A DNA stretch of 48,402 nucleotides, taken from positions 1 to 48,402 of the forward strand of contig JACCYV010000151.1 of assembly GCA_013696305.1 (NCBI GenBank), in the 5' to 3' direction. Made by a program: the position numbers and the translations under genes. The DNA is from Nitrospira sp. (GTDB lineage: Bacteria; Nitrospirota; Nitrospiria; Nitrospirales; Nitrospiraceae). The first letter of the stretch is position 1. Each line of letters opens with the position of its first letter. Under the pieces are notes generated by a model. The model ran no database searches. It worked only from the letters and a program-made list of their open reading frames with translations, and was not told where the DNA came from. This document shows, one piece after another, positions 19,851 through 27,785 of this stretch.

Positions 19851-20954
19851 TTATAAGTTTCTCGGCTGAATAGTACGGACAACTACCCGCCGTCGTTGCT
19901 GCTGATAGACAGTGGCGTCATAGGTAGCATCCGTCGATGGGTCGTGATCGCCGACGATCACCGGGCCTACTGTGTTGACGGCTTGGGTTCCTTTCTCATC
20001 AAGCCCTGCATCAGCCTGCGTTGGCCTGACAACCAGGCTGACTTGCGCCATTCTGATCTTATCCGGCGTCCATGGCGTAATCGCCCAGGCGCTGTTGGAG
20101 ATAAAATCTGCCTGCGTGAATGTCGGTAACCCTGAAGACGACGACCCATCTTGGTCATCCACGACCCCGTCCGGGAACAGGGGATTGGGAACCGCCTGAT
20201 TACACCCATCGCAGGCATACGTGATTTGCAAATCTTCCACGCCGTCGACGAGCGGCACATTATTTCTCACTAGACAGGGAGAATTATTCCCGCAGGTCGC
20301 CGGAGCATTCGCTACCACCTGATACTGTACACACTGCATGAGATAGACCGGCGTACCGATAGGAAATTTTCCATCAACGTAGTTCCCGGTGCCGAATCCG
20401 ATCGAGGTCGCAGCTATCGCTCTGACAGTTTTGGAGAGCGCCCCTCCGATTGAAATGGTTGATCCGAGGGCAAGCCCCTGCGCGGTCATCTCAGCAATGG
20501 CGACTCCCGAAAGATTGATCGTATTTTCATACGACACATTATTCGGCGTACCGCCCACTGCGGTCGTCAGGACCCACCCCTGGGTATTCATCACCGGGAG
20601 TACCATGGCCACCGCGTCTGATCCGGCGTCAGCACCTGCCGGCGTCTGGTCTTGAGGCAGCAACCCAACCGGTTTGACAATGGCGCCAATGGTGGCATTG
20701 CAGGTGCCCACGGCTGCCGTGGCAGGATCGGTGGCATTGTAGTTGTACCCGGCAAGCTTGATATCCCGACTGAGCAAGTCGATTGCCAATCGGACATTCT
20801 GTTGGGTATCGGCCACCTGGCTATTGACGACGTTCGCGCGATTCGATGTCACGACGGTGCTCATCGTGGCCGTCACAATCACCACCGTGATCAGAACAGC
20901 CGCCATCAGTTCCACAAGAGTGAATCCCTGCTGGTTCCCTGTCGGTCGACGCAT
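19851..20954 (-). CDS. pilW: Minor pilin PilW
   Basis: QQG|FTLVELM; QQNVRLAIDLLSRDIKLAGY; PLVDGVEDLQITY; C-terminal IQPRNL. Confidence 0.9.
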   Translation of the reverse strand: MRRPTGNQQGFTLVELMAAVLITVVIVTATMSTVVTSNRANVVNSQVADTQQNVRLAIDLLSRDIKLAGYNYNATDPATAAVGTCNATIGAIVKPVGLLPQDQTPAGADAGSDAVAMVLPVMNTQGWVLTTAVGGTPNNVSYENTINLSGVAIAEMTAQGLALGSTISIGGALSKTVRAIAATSIGFGTGNYVDGKFPIGTPVYLMQCVQYQVVANAPATCGNNSPCLVRNNVPLVDGVEDLQITYACDGCNQAVPNPLFPDGVVDDQDGSSSSGLPTFTQADFISNSAWAITPWTPDKIRMAQVSLVVRPTQADAGLDEKGTQAVNTVGPVIVGDHDPSTDATYDATVYQQQRRRVVVRTIQPRNL

Positions 20955-20974
20955 GTTTATGCTCCGCCCTGCGC

Positions 20975-21499
20975 CTACTCAGGCGCGACGATATTCGTAA
21001 ATACCGCAGTTTTTGTCCGAGCCGTGCTCACATCGGTGCGCCTGGTTTGCCAATTGATCGTAATCGTGACGAGAAATCGGTTCATGGTGACCGGATTCGC
21101 GGTAGGATCCGGGTCGAGACGAGTGGCAGTAACGACCCCATTGGCGCCGGCGAGATCGGAATTCGACACGAGGGCTTGCCATTGCGTGCAATCACCGAGC
21201 GCCATCCGTTGGGTGCTTACATTCTGAGGGCAGGCTGCCGCTGTATTGGTGTTGTGATAATCCAACACACGCTGCCGATTGCTTTGAATGCGTTCCGCCA
21301 TATCGGCAGCGATATTGGTCACGCGTGTCATGTCATTGGCATCGACATTTTTCCCCAGCGACATGCCCGACAATCCCGCGAGGCCCAATAATCCGACCGA
21401 AAGCACCCCTGCCGCCACCATCGTTTCCAACAGGGTAAAGCCCTGCTGCGAAGTCTGGACCTGCCCGGATAATCTCTGTGATGGTGTAGTTGGTCTCAT
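20975..21499 (-). CDS. pilV: Minor pilin PilV
   Basis: QQG|FTLLETMVAAGVLSVGLLGLAGL; AADMAERIQSN. Confidence 0.9.
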   Translation of the reverse strand: MRPTTPSQRLSGQVQTSQQGFTLLETMVAAGVLSVGLLGLAGLSGMSLGKNVDANDMTRVTNIAADMAERIQSNRQRVLDYHNTNTAAACPQNVSTQRMALGDCTQWQALVSNSDLAGANGVVTATRLDPDPTANPVTMNRFLVTITINWQTRRTDVSTARTKTAVFTNIVAPE

Positions 21500-21506
21500 T
21501 CGGTTT

Positions 21507-21983
21507 CTAGGGACATGTGACTTTCGCACACCAGTTGACCTTGCCGGCTGGAGTCACGATCACGGAATAGGTCGTCCCCTGTTGGGACACCAGCGTGAGT
21601 GTTTGATTTGCAGCTGCTCCGCTCAGCCCCTGCTGAGTAAACTGGATTGTCGGCCCACCCGTAAATGCGATGATAGATTGGGGAAGCAAGACCGGCGCCA
21701 GCGCGCCCCCGAAATCGATATTGACCTTGCCTGATACCAGCGCCAGAGTGGCGGTAATGGCAAGATTCCGATTCATCGCCGCCATGCGAGCCAGGCTGAG
21801 ACTGCCGGCCAATTCCGTTGTGGCCTGTTTCAACTGGTAACGCGCATTCCATTGAAGATAGTTAGGGACAGCCACCATCGCTAGAATGCCGACAATGGAG
21901 ACAGCGATCATGACCTCAATGAGTGTGAAACCCCTTTGGCCGATGACAGCAGAAGACCGTTGATGATGGCTAAAGACACACAT
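21507..21983 (-). CDS. fimU: Minor pilin FimT/FimU (GspH-like)
   Basis: QRG|FTLIEVMI; LSLARMAAMNRN; IQFTQQG; TPAGKV. ATG 21983 is preferred because ATG 22010 lies inside the sigma54 promoter. Confidence 0.85.
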   Translation of the reverse strand: MCVFSHHQRSSAVIGQRGFTLIEVMIAVSIVGILAMVAVPNYLQWNARYQLKQATTELAGSLSLARMAAMNRNLAITATLALVSGKVNIDFGGALAPVLLPQSIIAFTGGPTIQFTQQGLSGAAANQTLTLVSQQGTTYSVIVTPAGKVNWCAKVTCP

Positions 21984-21998
21984 GGCAACAGGCAGATG

Positions 21999-22014
21999 AG
22001 CAAATGCCATGCCG
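21999..22014 (-). promoter_or_regulatory. sigma54 (-24/-12) promoter of pilin module 1
   Basis: Minus strand CGGCATGGCATTTGCT, exact GG-N10-GC spacing with TTTGCT at -12. Confidence 0.72.
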
Positions 22015-22039
22015 ATAATTTCTCCCTCAAATAGTTAGC

Positions 22040-22052
22040 TAAGATATTGATA
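22040..22052 (-). promoter_or_regulatory. IHF binding site
   Basis: Minus strand TATCAATATCTTA is an exact match to WATCAANNNNTTR, ~26 bp upstream of the -24 element. Confidence 0.62.
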
Positions 22053-22111
22053 TGATGCGTTCATTCATCACGACTCGCGTACAATTACGAGCGTTCCTTA
22101 ATCACACAGAT

Positions 22112-22124
22112 GACAAATTTTGTC
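22112..22124. promoter_or_regulatory. Palindrome, candidate enhancer (bEBP) site
   Basis: GACAAA-T-TTTGTC perfect inverted repeat ~100 bp upstream of the sigma54 promoter. Confidence 0.45.
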
Positions 22125-22364
22125 CGACTTATGGCAGCCTTTTTATGGACACGAAAGACCAGGGTTCACGCGAGTGGTAAATGTAATTTGACCGCGAGGA
22201 GATGATTTAGCACTGGTACCGGTGGGGTTGCAGCCTGATGTGAGTTGGCAAGTCAGGCACGCTCCTCCATATGTCTCACCTGAGCAGACCCATCACGCAC
22301 GAACAGATCGTAACGGAGAAAGGAGCCTTGTCACCAGACGTGACGCGCGCCTGAGGTGTGGTGA

Positions 22365-24164
22365 CTATTTGATCGCGACGGCTCGAACCTGCTGATAGGT
22401 GGTGAGGCCTTGAGTGACTTTCTCGATGCCATCTTGCAGCAACGTTCGCATGCCTTCTTTCTTTGCGAGCGCCCTCAGTTCGCCGGTCCGAGCCCTCGCT
22501 TGAATAAGTCCCTTCATGCAATCGGAGACCACCATCAGCTCGTGAATGGGCACCCGGCCGCGATGGCCTGTTTGATTGCAGGCTTCGCATCCTCGCCCGC
22601 GAAATAGTGTAAAGGCTGGACCGTATTCGAGCTGCAAGCGCTCCCAATCCAATGCTCCATAAGCCTGAACGAGTTCGTCGAATTCCGCGCGACTGGGGTG
22701 ATACGGCTCCCGGCAGTTCTGACAGATCCGCTTGCATAAACGCATCGCCAACACGCCCAGCATGGCGTCCGAAAAGTTGAAGGGATCGCATCCCAGATCC
22801 AGCAATCGCACGACGGTTTCCACCGCGCTGTTGGTATGAATCGTACTGAAGACCAGATGCCCGGTCAGTGACGCTTCAATGGCAATATCCGCCGTTTCCT
22901 TATCTCGCATTTCCCCGATCATGATCACGTCTGGGTCCGCACGCAAAAAGGCCCGCATGGTTGCGGCGAAGGTGAGGCCGATCTTCGGATGGACCTGAAC
23001 CTGCCGTAGTCCGTCCTGCGTGATCTCAATGGGGTCTTCCGCTGTCCAGATTTTTCGTTCATCCGTGTTGATCGACGCCAGAATGGCATGCAACGTCGTG
23101 GTTTTTCCGGATCCTGTGGGGCCGGCACAGAGCACAATGCCATACGGTTTGTGGGCCAATTGGCCGACCAGACGGCGAGTCTCGGAACTGAATTCCAGTT
23201 CCTCTACACGGCGGAGACCGTTCGTGGTCAACAACCGGATCACCACATCTTCATTGAAGCCCGCCGTAGGGAGCGTGGCGACACGCAATTCGATTTCCTG
23301 GCCGATACTCAGCTTGAAACGGATTTTTCCATCCTGAGGTTTTCGCCGCTCGGCAATGTCAAGACTGGCCATAATCTTGACGCGAGAAACGATCGCCCGG
23401 CGATAAGCCGCCGGAATCTTCATGTAGGTGAAACACGTCCCGTCTACGCGGAAACGCACCGACGTTTCCTTTCGGTCGGCATACGGCTCGATATGGATAT
23501 CCGATGCTCCTTGCCGATAGGCCTCTGCAATGATCTGGTTGGCGAGACGAACGATGGCCGAATCGTTTTCGGTGATCGCCGCAATCGTCGCATTCTGCTG
23601 TTCTTCTAATTGTGCCTCACTGACTAACTCGCCGAGGATGTCCGTAATCGCATCACCTGTCTCTCGCCCGTGAACGGAGCTCAAACACTGCTCGATATCG
23701 CGACGAAGCCCAACGCGATAGGAAAGCGCCTGTCCCGGAAACGCCCGACGCACATCGAGCAGCTTGTCGGGATTATGGGGGTCATCGATCAGCACTTCGA
23801 TCCCATCGCCCTGTCGCCTGAGAGGAACCCAATGATTCATGCGGAGATAATCCAGACTCAAGTCTTTCAACAGATCACGCTCCATAATCATGCGCTCATC
23901 GTAGGCAAGAAAGGGGCAGTGAAAGAATTCCGCCAGGGCTGCGCCTATGGCCGCCTTAGGGATGCGATACCGATCCATAAGCACCGTGGCCAGCTCCATT
24001 CGCTTTCGCACAGCTTCAGCCGTTGCTAGCACCAGTTCTTCGTGCCGTAGAAAGCCTTGTTCGACGAGGGGACGGTAGTGGCCGGCAGCACGTGCCTGGG
24101 CGGCCACCGCCATTTTCTTCACAGGTTCTCGGGGAGATAGCGTAGAGAGGCCTACCGGAATCAT
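22365..24164 (-). CDS. PilB/GspE-family extension ATPase
   Basis: ASDIHIEP, ERRKPQDG, Walker A GPTGSGKTT, AEDPIE, LRADPDVIMIGEMRD, TGHLVFSTIHTN, Zn site CQNC/CEAC. Start placed at ATG 24164 (AAAGGGA RBS); the ORF is open to 24275. Confidence 0.93.
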   Translation of the reverse strand: MIPVGLSTLSPREPVKKMAVAAQARAAGHYRPLVEQGFLRHEELVLATAEAVRKRMELATVLMDRYRIPKAAIGAALAEFFHCPFLAYDERMIMERDLLKDLSLDYLRMNHWVPLRRQGDGIEVLIDDPHNPDKLLDVRRAFPGQALSYRVGLRRDIEQCLSSVHGRETGDAITDILGELVSEAQLEEQQNATIAAITENDSAIVRLANQIIAEAYRQGASDIHIEPYADRKETSVRFRVDGTCFTYMKIPAAYRRAIVSRVKIMASLDIAERRKPQDGKIRFKLSIGQEIELRVATLPTAGFNEDVVIRLLTTNGLRRVEELEFSSETRRLVGQLAHKPYGIVLCAGPTGSGKTTTLHAILASINTDERKIWTAEDPIEITQDGLRQVQVHPKIGLTFAATMRAFLRADPDVIMIGEMRDKETADIAIEASLTGHLVFSTIHTNSAVETVVRLLDLGCDPFNFSDAMLGVLAMRLCKRICQNCREPYHPSRAEFDELVQAYGALDWERLQLEYGPAFTLFRGRGCEACNQTGHRGRVPIHELMVVSDCMKGLIQARARTGELRALAKKEGMRTLLQDGIEKVTQGLTTYQQVRAVAIK

Positions 24165-24271
24165 GGAGTTGGTCCCTTTCAGAATGTCACGAATACGACT
24201 TGAATGTCTACGGTACTGTAGGTTCAACATGGTTGAGAAAGGGCTCGTTGAATCGAGCTTTTCCAGTTCAA

Positions 24272-25762
24272 TCAAATTTTAGTCTGCCAACTTCCGGGAG
24301 CCACAAACACGAGCGGCAATCCCTGCATGAGTCCTTCGCGAAGATCATGGTTGTACCAAACCTCTAATATCCCCGACCCGTTCGTCCCGTCGACGATGCT
24401 CCCCTGAGCCACCACCCCACCGTATGCCTTGAGGTGGCCTGCATACCGAATGTCGCCCGCGACATGCAGCACACCCTGCAGATGAATGCCGGACAGCTGA
24501 ACGGGAACTCTGGTCCCAAGAGACTGCTGCCCTTCGGGCGGCGGACTTAGAGCTGGTACAGTCTTTCCAGACTGTCTCGCCTTCCAAAACACATGCGCAT
24601 TCACAATAAAGATGCCCTCGGCGTACTCTTGATCGAGGAGAAGCGTCCCTAAGTTATCTAACCGTGGTGGCATGCCATCCAAAGTATCGACAAATATCAA
24701 GCCACGATGATCTCCGGGTCCCGTCGACGCAAACACCTCCGCAGCAGGGCGTCCCATTCCCGGTTGAATCACGCCACCTGGATACAGCAATCCCTCCCGA
24801 TCCATGCCGTAATACCCCCCGAATTGCTTCGCCATTCGCTTCAATGTGTCATAGTCCCACTGATCAACCTTGATGCCAGGCACCGGCTCCTGGTGCGCAT
24901 GGACATTCAACGCAATCCCGGACCACGCCTCTGCCGGGAGGTGGGCGAAGAAGGCTTGGCCACCGAGGCGGATATCGAGCCAACGGTCCTCACGATGGGT
25001 CATCTCCTCATAAGCCTGCCCCGTCACCGCCGCCAATCCACTCTTGGCCGGAACCTCATCCGGTCGTGGGAAATACGCCTGACCATGCACCATGATGTCG
25101 CCCCAATGCGCGAGGACGGAGCCTGGCCGGGATTGAACAGTTTCCATACCGAGCGTGCCGCTCTGCAGCGGCGCATGCAAAGCCGGAATGGCATAGGCCC
25201 CAAATTCAACCGCCAACGTCTTCGTCACACGAGAGGCACGACCGGCTCCCGCCGTCACTTCTACCGTGCAAAGGAGACCGGGCCGAGTGGCTCCATACAC
25301 TCGCAGTTTAAGAATTCTAGCGAGTCCTTTCAGCGACCTGAACCATCCTGTCTGCGGGTCGTTCAGCAATTGATCATGCTGCGGATTTGCCGCATCAAAC
25401 ACCACGTCGGGATAATGCCCGGTCCCTGTAAATTGAGATCGGCCCTGTCCGTCGAAGTAAGACGGATCGCCTTGCGAATTTATTGTTCGTTTCGACAGCC
25501 ACGCCGGCTCGATTCCCTGCGGCGTGAGGGTGCGATCGTGAAACCATCCCATCACGACATCGACAGCTGATTCTGCGGCATGGTGAGCCAGCCGCTCTTC
25601 CTGTATGGCACTGCCGCCGACTATTTCCTGTCCCGCGAGCTGCATGGAGGTCATGCCCAGCAGCGTCAGCAGAAACACCACCATCAGCACAGCCAGCAAC
25701 GCCATCCCCCTCTCATCTGATCGCACTGCGATTACCGAATGCCTCACGCTCTTGTTCATCAT
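24272..25762 (-). CDS. Oversized PilX/GspK-like minor pilin (~496 aa) with large C-terminal domain
   Basis: ERG|MALLAVLMVVFLLTLLG without Glu5; AAESAV helix; AAGGA RBS before ATG 25762. Confidence 0.8.
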   Translation of the reverse strand: MMNKSVRHSVIAVRSDERGMALLAVLMVVFLLTLLGMTSMQLAGQEIVGGSAIQEERLAHHAAESAVDVVMGWFHDRTLTPQGIEPAWLSKRTINSQGDPSYFDGQGRSQFTGTGHYPDVVFDAANPQHDQLLNDPQTGWFRSLKGLARILKLRVYGATRPGLLCTVEVTAGAGRASRVTKTLAVEFGAYAIPALHAPLQSGTLGMETVQSRPGSVLAHWGDIMVHGQAYFPRPDEVPAKSGLAAVTGQAYEEMTHREDRWLDIRLGGQAFFAHLPAEAWSGIALNVHAHQEPVPGIKVDQWDYDTLKRMAKQFGGYYGMDREGLLYPGGVIQPGMGRPAAEVFASTGPGDHRGLIFVDTLDGMPPRLDNLGTLLLDQEYAEGIFIVNAHVFWKARQSGKTVPALSPPPEGQQSLGTRVPVQLSGIHLQGVLHVAGDIRYAGHLKAYGGVVAQGSIVDGTNGSGILEVWYNHDLREGLMQGLPLVFVAPGSWQTKI

Positions 25763-25778
25763 TGTGTTCCTTTGCCGG

Positions 25779-26537
25779 TTAGATTCGTATCGCAATATCC
25801 CGCACGAGTATCGACCTCTCCTGCCTAACCCAAATCGTCACACGAACGCGCACCACTTCACGTAAATCAGTGGTCACCCTTCCTTCCTTATTTAGATAAT
25901 GCAGCTGAAATTCGCCCACGTCAGCCAATAGGGTGCTCGCTCCACCATCCACCTCACGCATCAACCGCTGAGTTCCATCTTCATAACGCTTGAGGTAGTA
26001 GCGCACTCGATTGAGTAAAAAGACCGCGGTATGGATCGGTAACTGTTCGGCAGTCGGTGTGGTAAGCGCCAGCGCCTGCTTCCTGCCGTCGGCCGCCAGA
26101 CGGTTCCAGGCACAATGTGCCGCCGTACAAATCAGCAGCTGTTTACCCTTCGGCCACCCGGCTCCTTCTTCCACCGGCAACTCCTGCTGGCCAGTTTCTG
26201 TCAACCGAGTCAGGATCGTTGCAGACCCACTCAGATTTGCAAAGAACTCGATTTCATCAGACTCCGCCTTGAGAAATGGCGAATCTCCGCTTAACAATCC
26301 TGCCCCCGCCAGGCGTATTTCGCTGCACAACACATCCAACCCGATCCGCAACTCCTGGTTCGATACCATGGTGAAATGTTGCGAGGCAAACCGCAGGCCG
26401 TATGCTGAAAAGATCTGAATCGCGCCTGATATCGCCACGCTACTGATCGTCAGAGCGATAAGCAGCTCAATGAGGCTGACCCCGGCGCAGCCCATCCGCC
26501 AGAACTGTCTCAAGGTGTTTGTAGTGACGCGGGTCAT
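25779..26537 (-). CDS. PilW-like minor pilin (module 2)
   Basis: AG|VSLIELLIAL; QELRIGLDVLCSEIRLAG; VRYYL; ATGA-coupled to the upstream gene. Confidence 0.82.
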   Translation of the reverse strand: MTRVTTNTLRQFWRMGCAGVSLIELLIALTISSVAISGAIQIFSAYGLRFASQHFTMVSNQELRIGLDVLCSEIRLAGAGLLSGDSPFLKAESDEIEFFANLSGSATILTRLTETGQQELPVEEGAGWPKGKQLLICTAAHCAWNRLAADGRKQALALTTPTAEQLPIHTAVFLLNRVRYYLKRYEDGTQRLMREVDGGASTLLADVGEFQLHYLNKEGRVTTDLREVVRVRVTIWVRQERSILVRDIAIRI

Positions 26538-27060
26538 GATAGGGCCGGCAGAACTACATAGTGAGGATTGGCCCGGATCGTGCGCAGACGGATTTCCTTT
26601 TCCTGCCCTCCGATCGTCCGGAATATCGCGCGTGCCTCGATCGCCGCCAGACTCGCCGAGGCGGGCCGGCTGCCTCGATTGAACTCTATGGTCCAGACGA
26701 GCCGAATATTGGACCGCATGAGACTGGCTGTGAAAATACCATCGCCATTCGTCACATCAGCCTCCAATCCGTCGTCGCGCATCGACGATTCCAATGTCCC
26801 GTCCTGATCCAAATCGTCTGCCAGCAGCTGCTCCCATGGCAGACTCCGCTTGGCTTCCAGGCGCGATTCAGCCAGGACCAGCGCGGTGGTCGTCAGCGCT
26901 CCGCGCTGGAGTCCACGCTCCGCATGCTCGAACATCCCCATCGCGCCGACCACTCCGATAGACAGCACTACCAGGCCACCATGCATTCGACCAGGCTGAA
27001 GCCCGAAGTCGTGAATAGTTGCGATGGTTGTGTCGCGACGCCCGCACCATGCCGTGTCAT
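26534..27060 (-). pseudogene. PilV-like minor pilin (module 2) with apparent 1-bp deletion near 26974
   Basis: ATG 27060 (ATGA overlap with fimT) reads MTRHGAGVATQPSQLFTTSG|FSLVECMVA then W-stop. Restoring one C (GCC CTG) joins it to LVVLSIGVVGAMGMF... of ORF 26534..26986. Confidence 0.82.
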
Positions 27061-27491
27061 AGCAGCGCCACCCGCCCGGTGATGCTCACCGTCACCTGAT
27101 GTGTCACATGTCGACGATCGACCAGGACCATCGTGGTTGCGGTTGCCGAGCGGCCGCTGGGCTGAAACATGATCTCCGGTTTCGTCGTCATTGACTCTAT
27201 GGCTGTGCCTCTACCTGCGAACGCATACCGGCGAAGTGGACCCGTTCCGCAGTCCACGCATTCCGTGCGCAATACAGATTGTTCGGCATTCACGACCACT
27301 CGAATCCGTTCATGCCGGGCCATCGCCAATTGCCGGGCCATGCGCAACTCTGATGCGATCTCCTTCACGACCGCCCGTTGCTGGTGTCTTCCCACAAGCG
27401 CTGCCCACCCCGGCAGGCTCACTCCCGTCACAATCGCGATGATGGCAACCACCGTACACAGCTCCACCAGACTTCCTCCGCGTTCGTTCAT
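27057..27491 (-). CDS. FimT/GspH-like minor pilin (module 2)
   Basis: MNERG|GSLVEL; SELRMARQLAM; IMFQPSGR; SITGRV; AAAGGAG RBS before ATG 27491. Confidence 0.85.
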   Translation of the reverse strand: MNERGGSLVELCTVVAIIAIVTGVSLPGWAALVGRHQQRAVVKEIASELRMARQLAMARHERIRVVVNAEQSVLRTECVDCGTGPLRRYAFAGRGTAIESMTTKPEIMFQPSGRSATATTMVLVDRRHVTHQVTVSITGRVALL

Positions 27492-27523
27492 ACCGGCTCC
27501 TTTCGTCGTGCGCATAAAGCATT

Positions 27524-27539
27524 TCCAAGTTCCGTGCCG
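27524..27539 (-). promoter_or_regulatory. sigma54-like promoter of pilin module 2
   Basis: Minus strand CGGCACGGAACTTGGA: consensus -24 (GGCACG), correct spacing, variant -12 (TTGG); ~33 bp upstream of the ATG. Confidence 0.55.
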
Positions 27540-27785
27540 CTGACTGAGCGGTCATGGCACGAGCAGCTGCCCGTCTCATCGTTATCGTGATGTCGCGAAA
27601 ATAGGATCGAAATGTTGGGAAAGTATGCGGAGGATCTTAGTTATGGCACGGAGCACATGAGCAGAGAGGAACCGTGCACAGTTATGAACTGTTTCCAATC
27701 AGATACAGTTCGGACATCCATTTGGATACACTGCTGGAAGTCGCATAAGCCTGCGAACCGGCGCTGAAGGCTGACTGGGAGGGAA

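Noticed and set aside
22011-22018. GCCGATAA, a perfect sigma28 -10 on the + strand
   Set aside because: No TAAA at the correct spacing and no + strand gene downstream; it overlaps the sigma54 box on the other strand.
27555-27570. TGGCACGAGCAGCTGC as a + strand sigma54 promoter
   Set aside because: GG-GC spacing is 11 rather than 10, and there is no downstream + strand gene.
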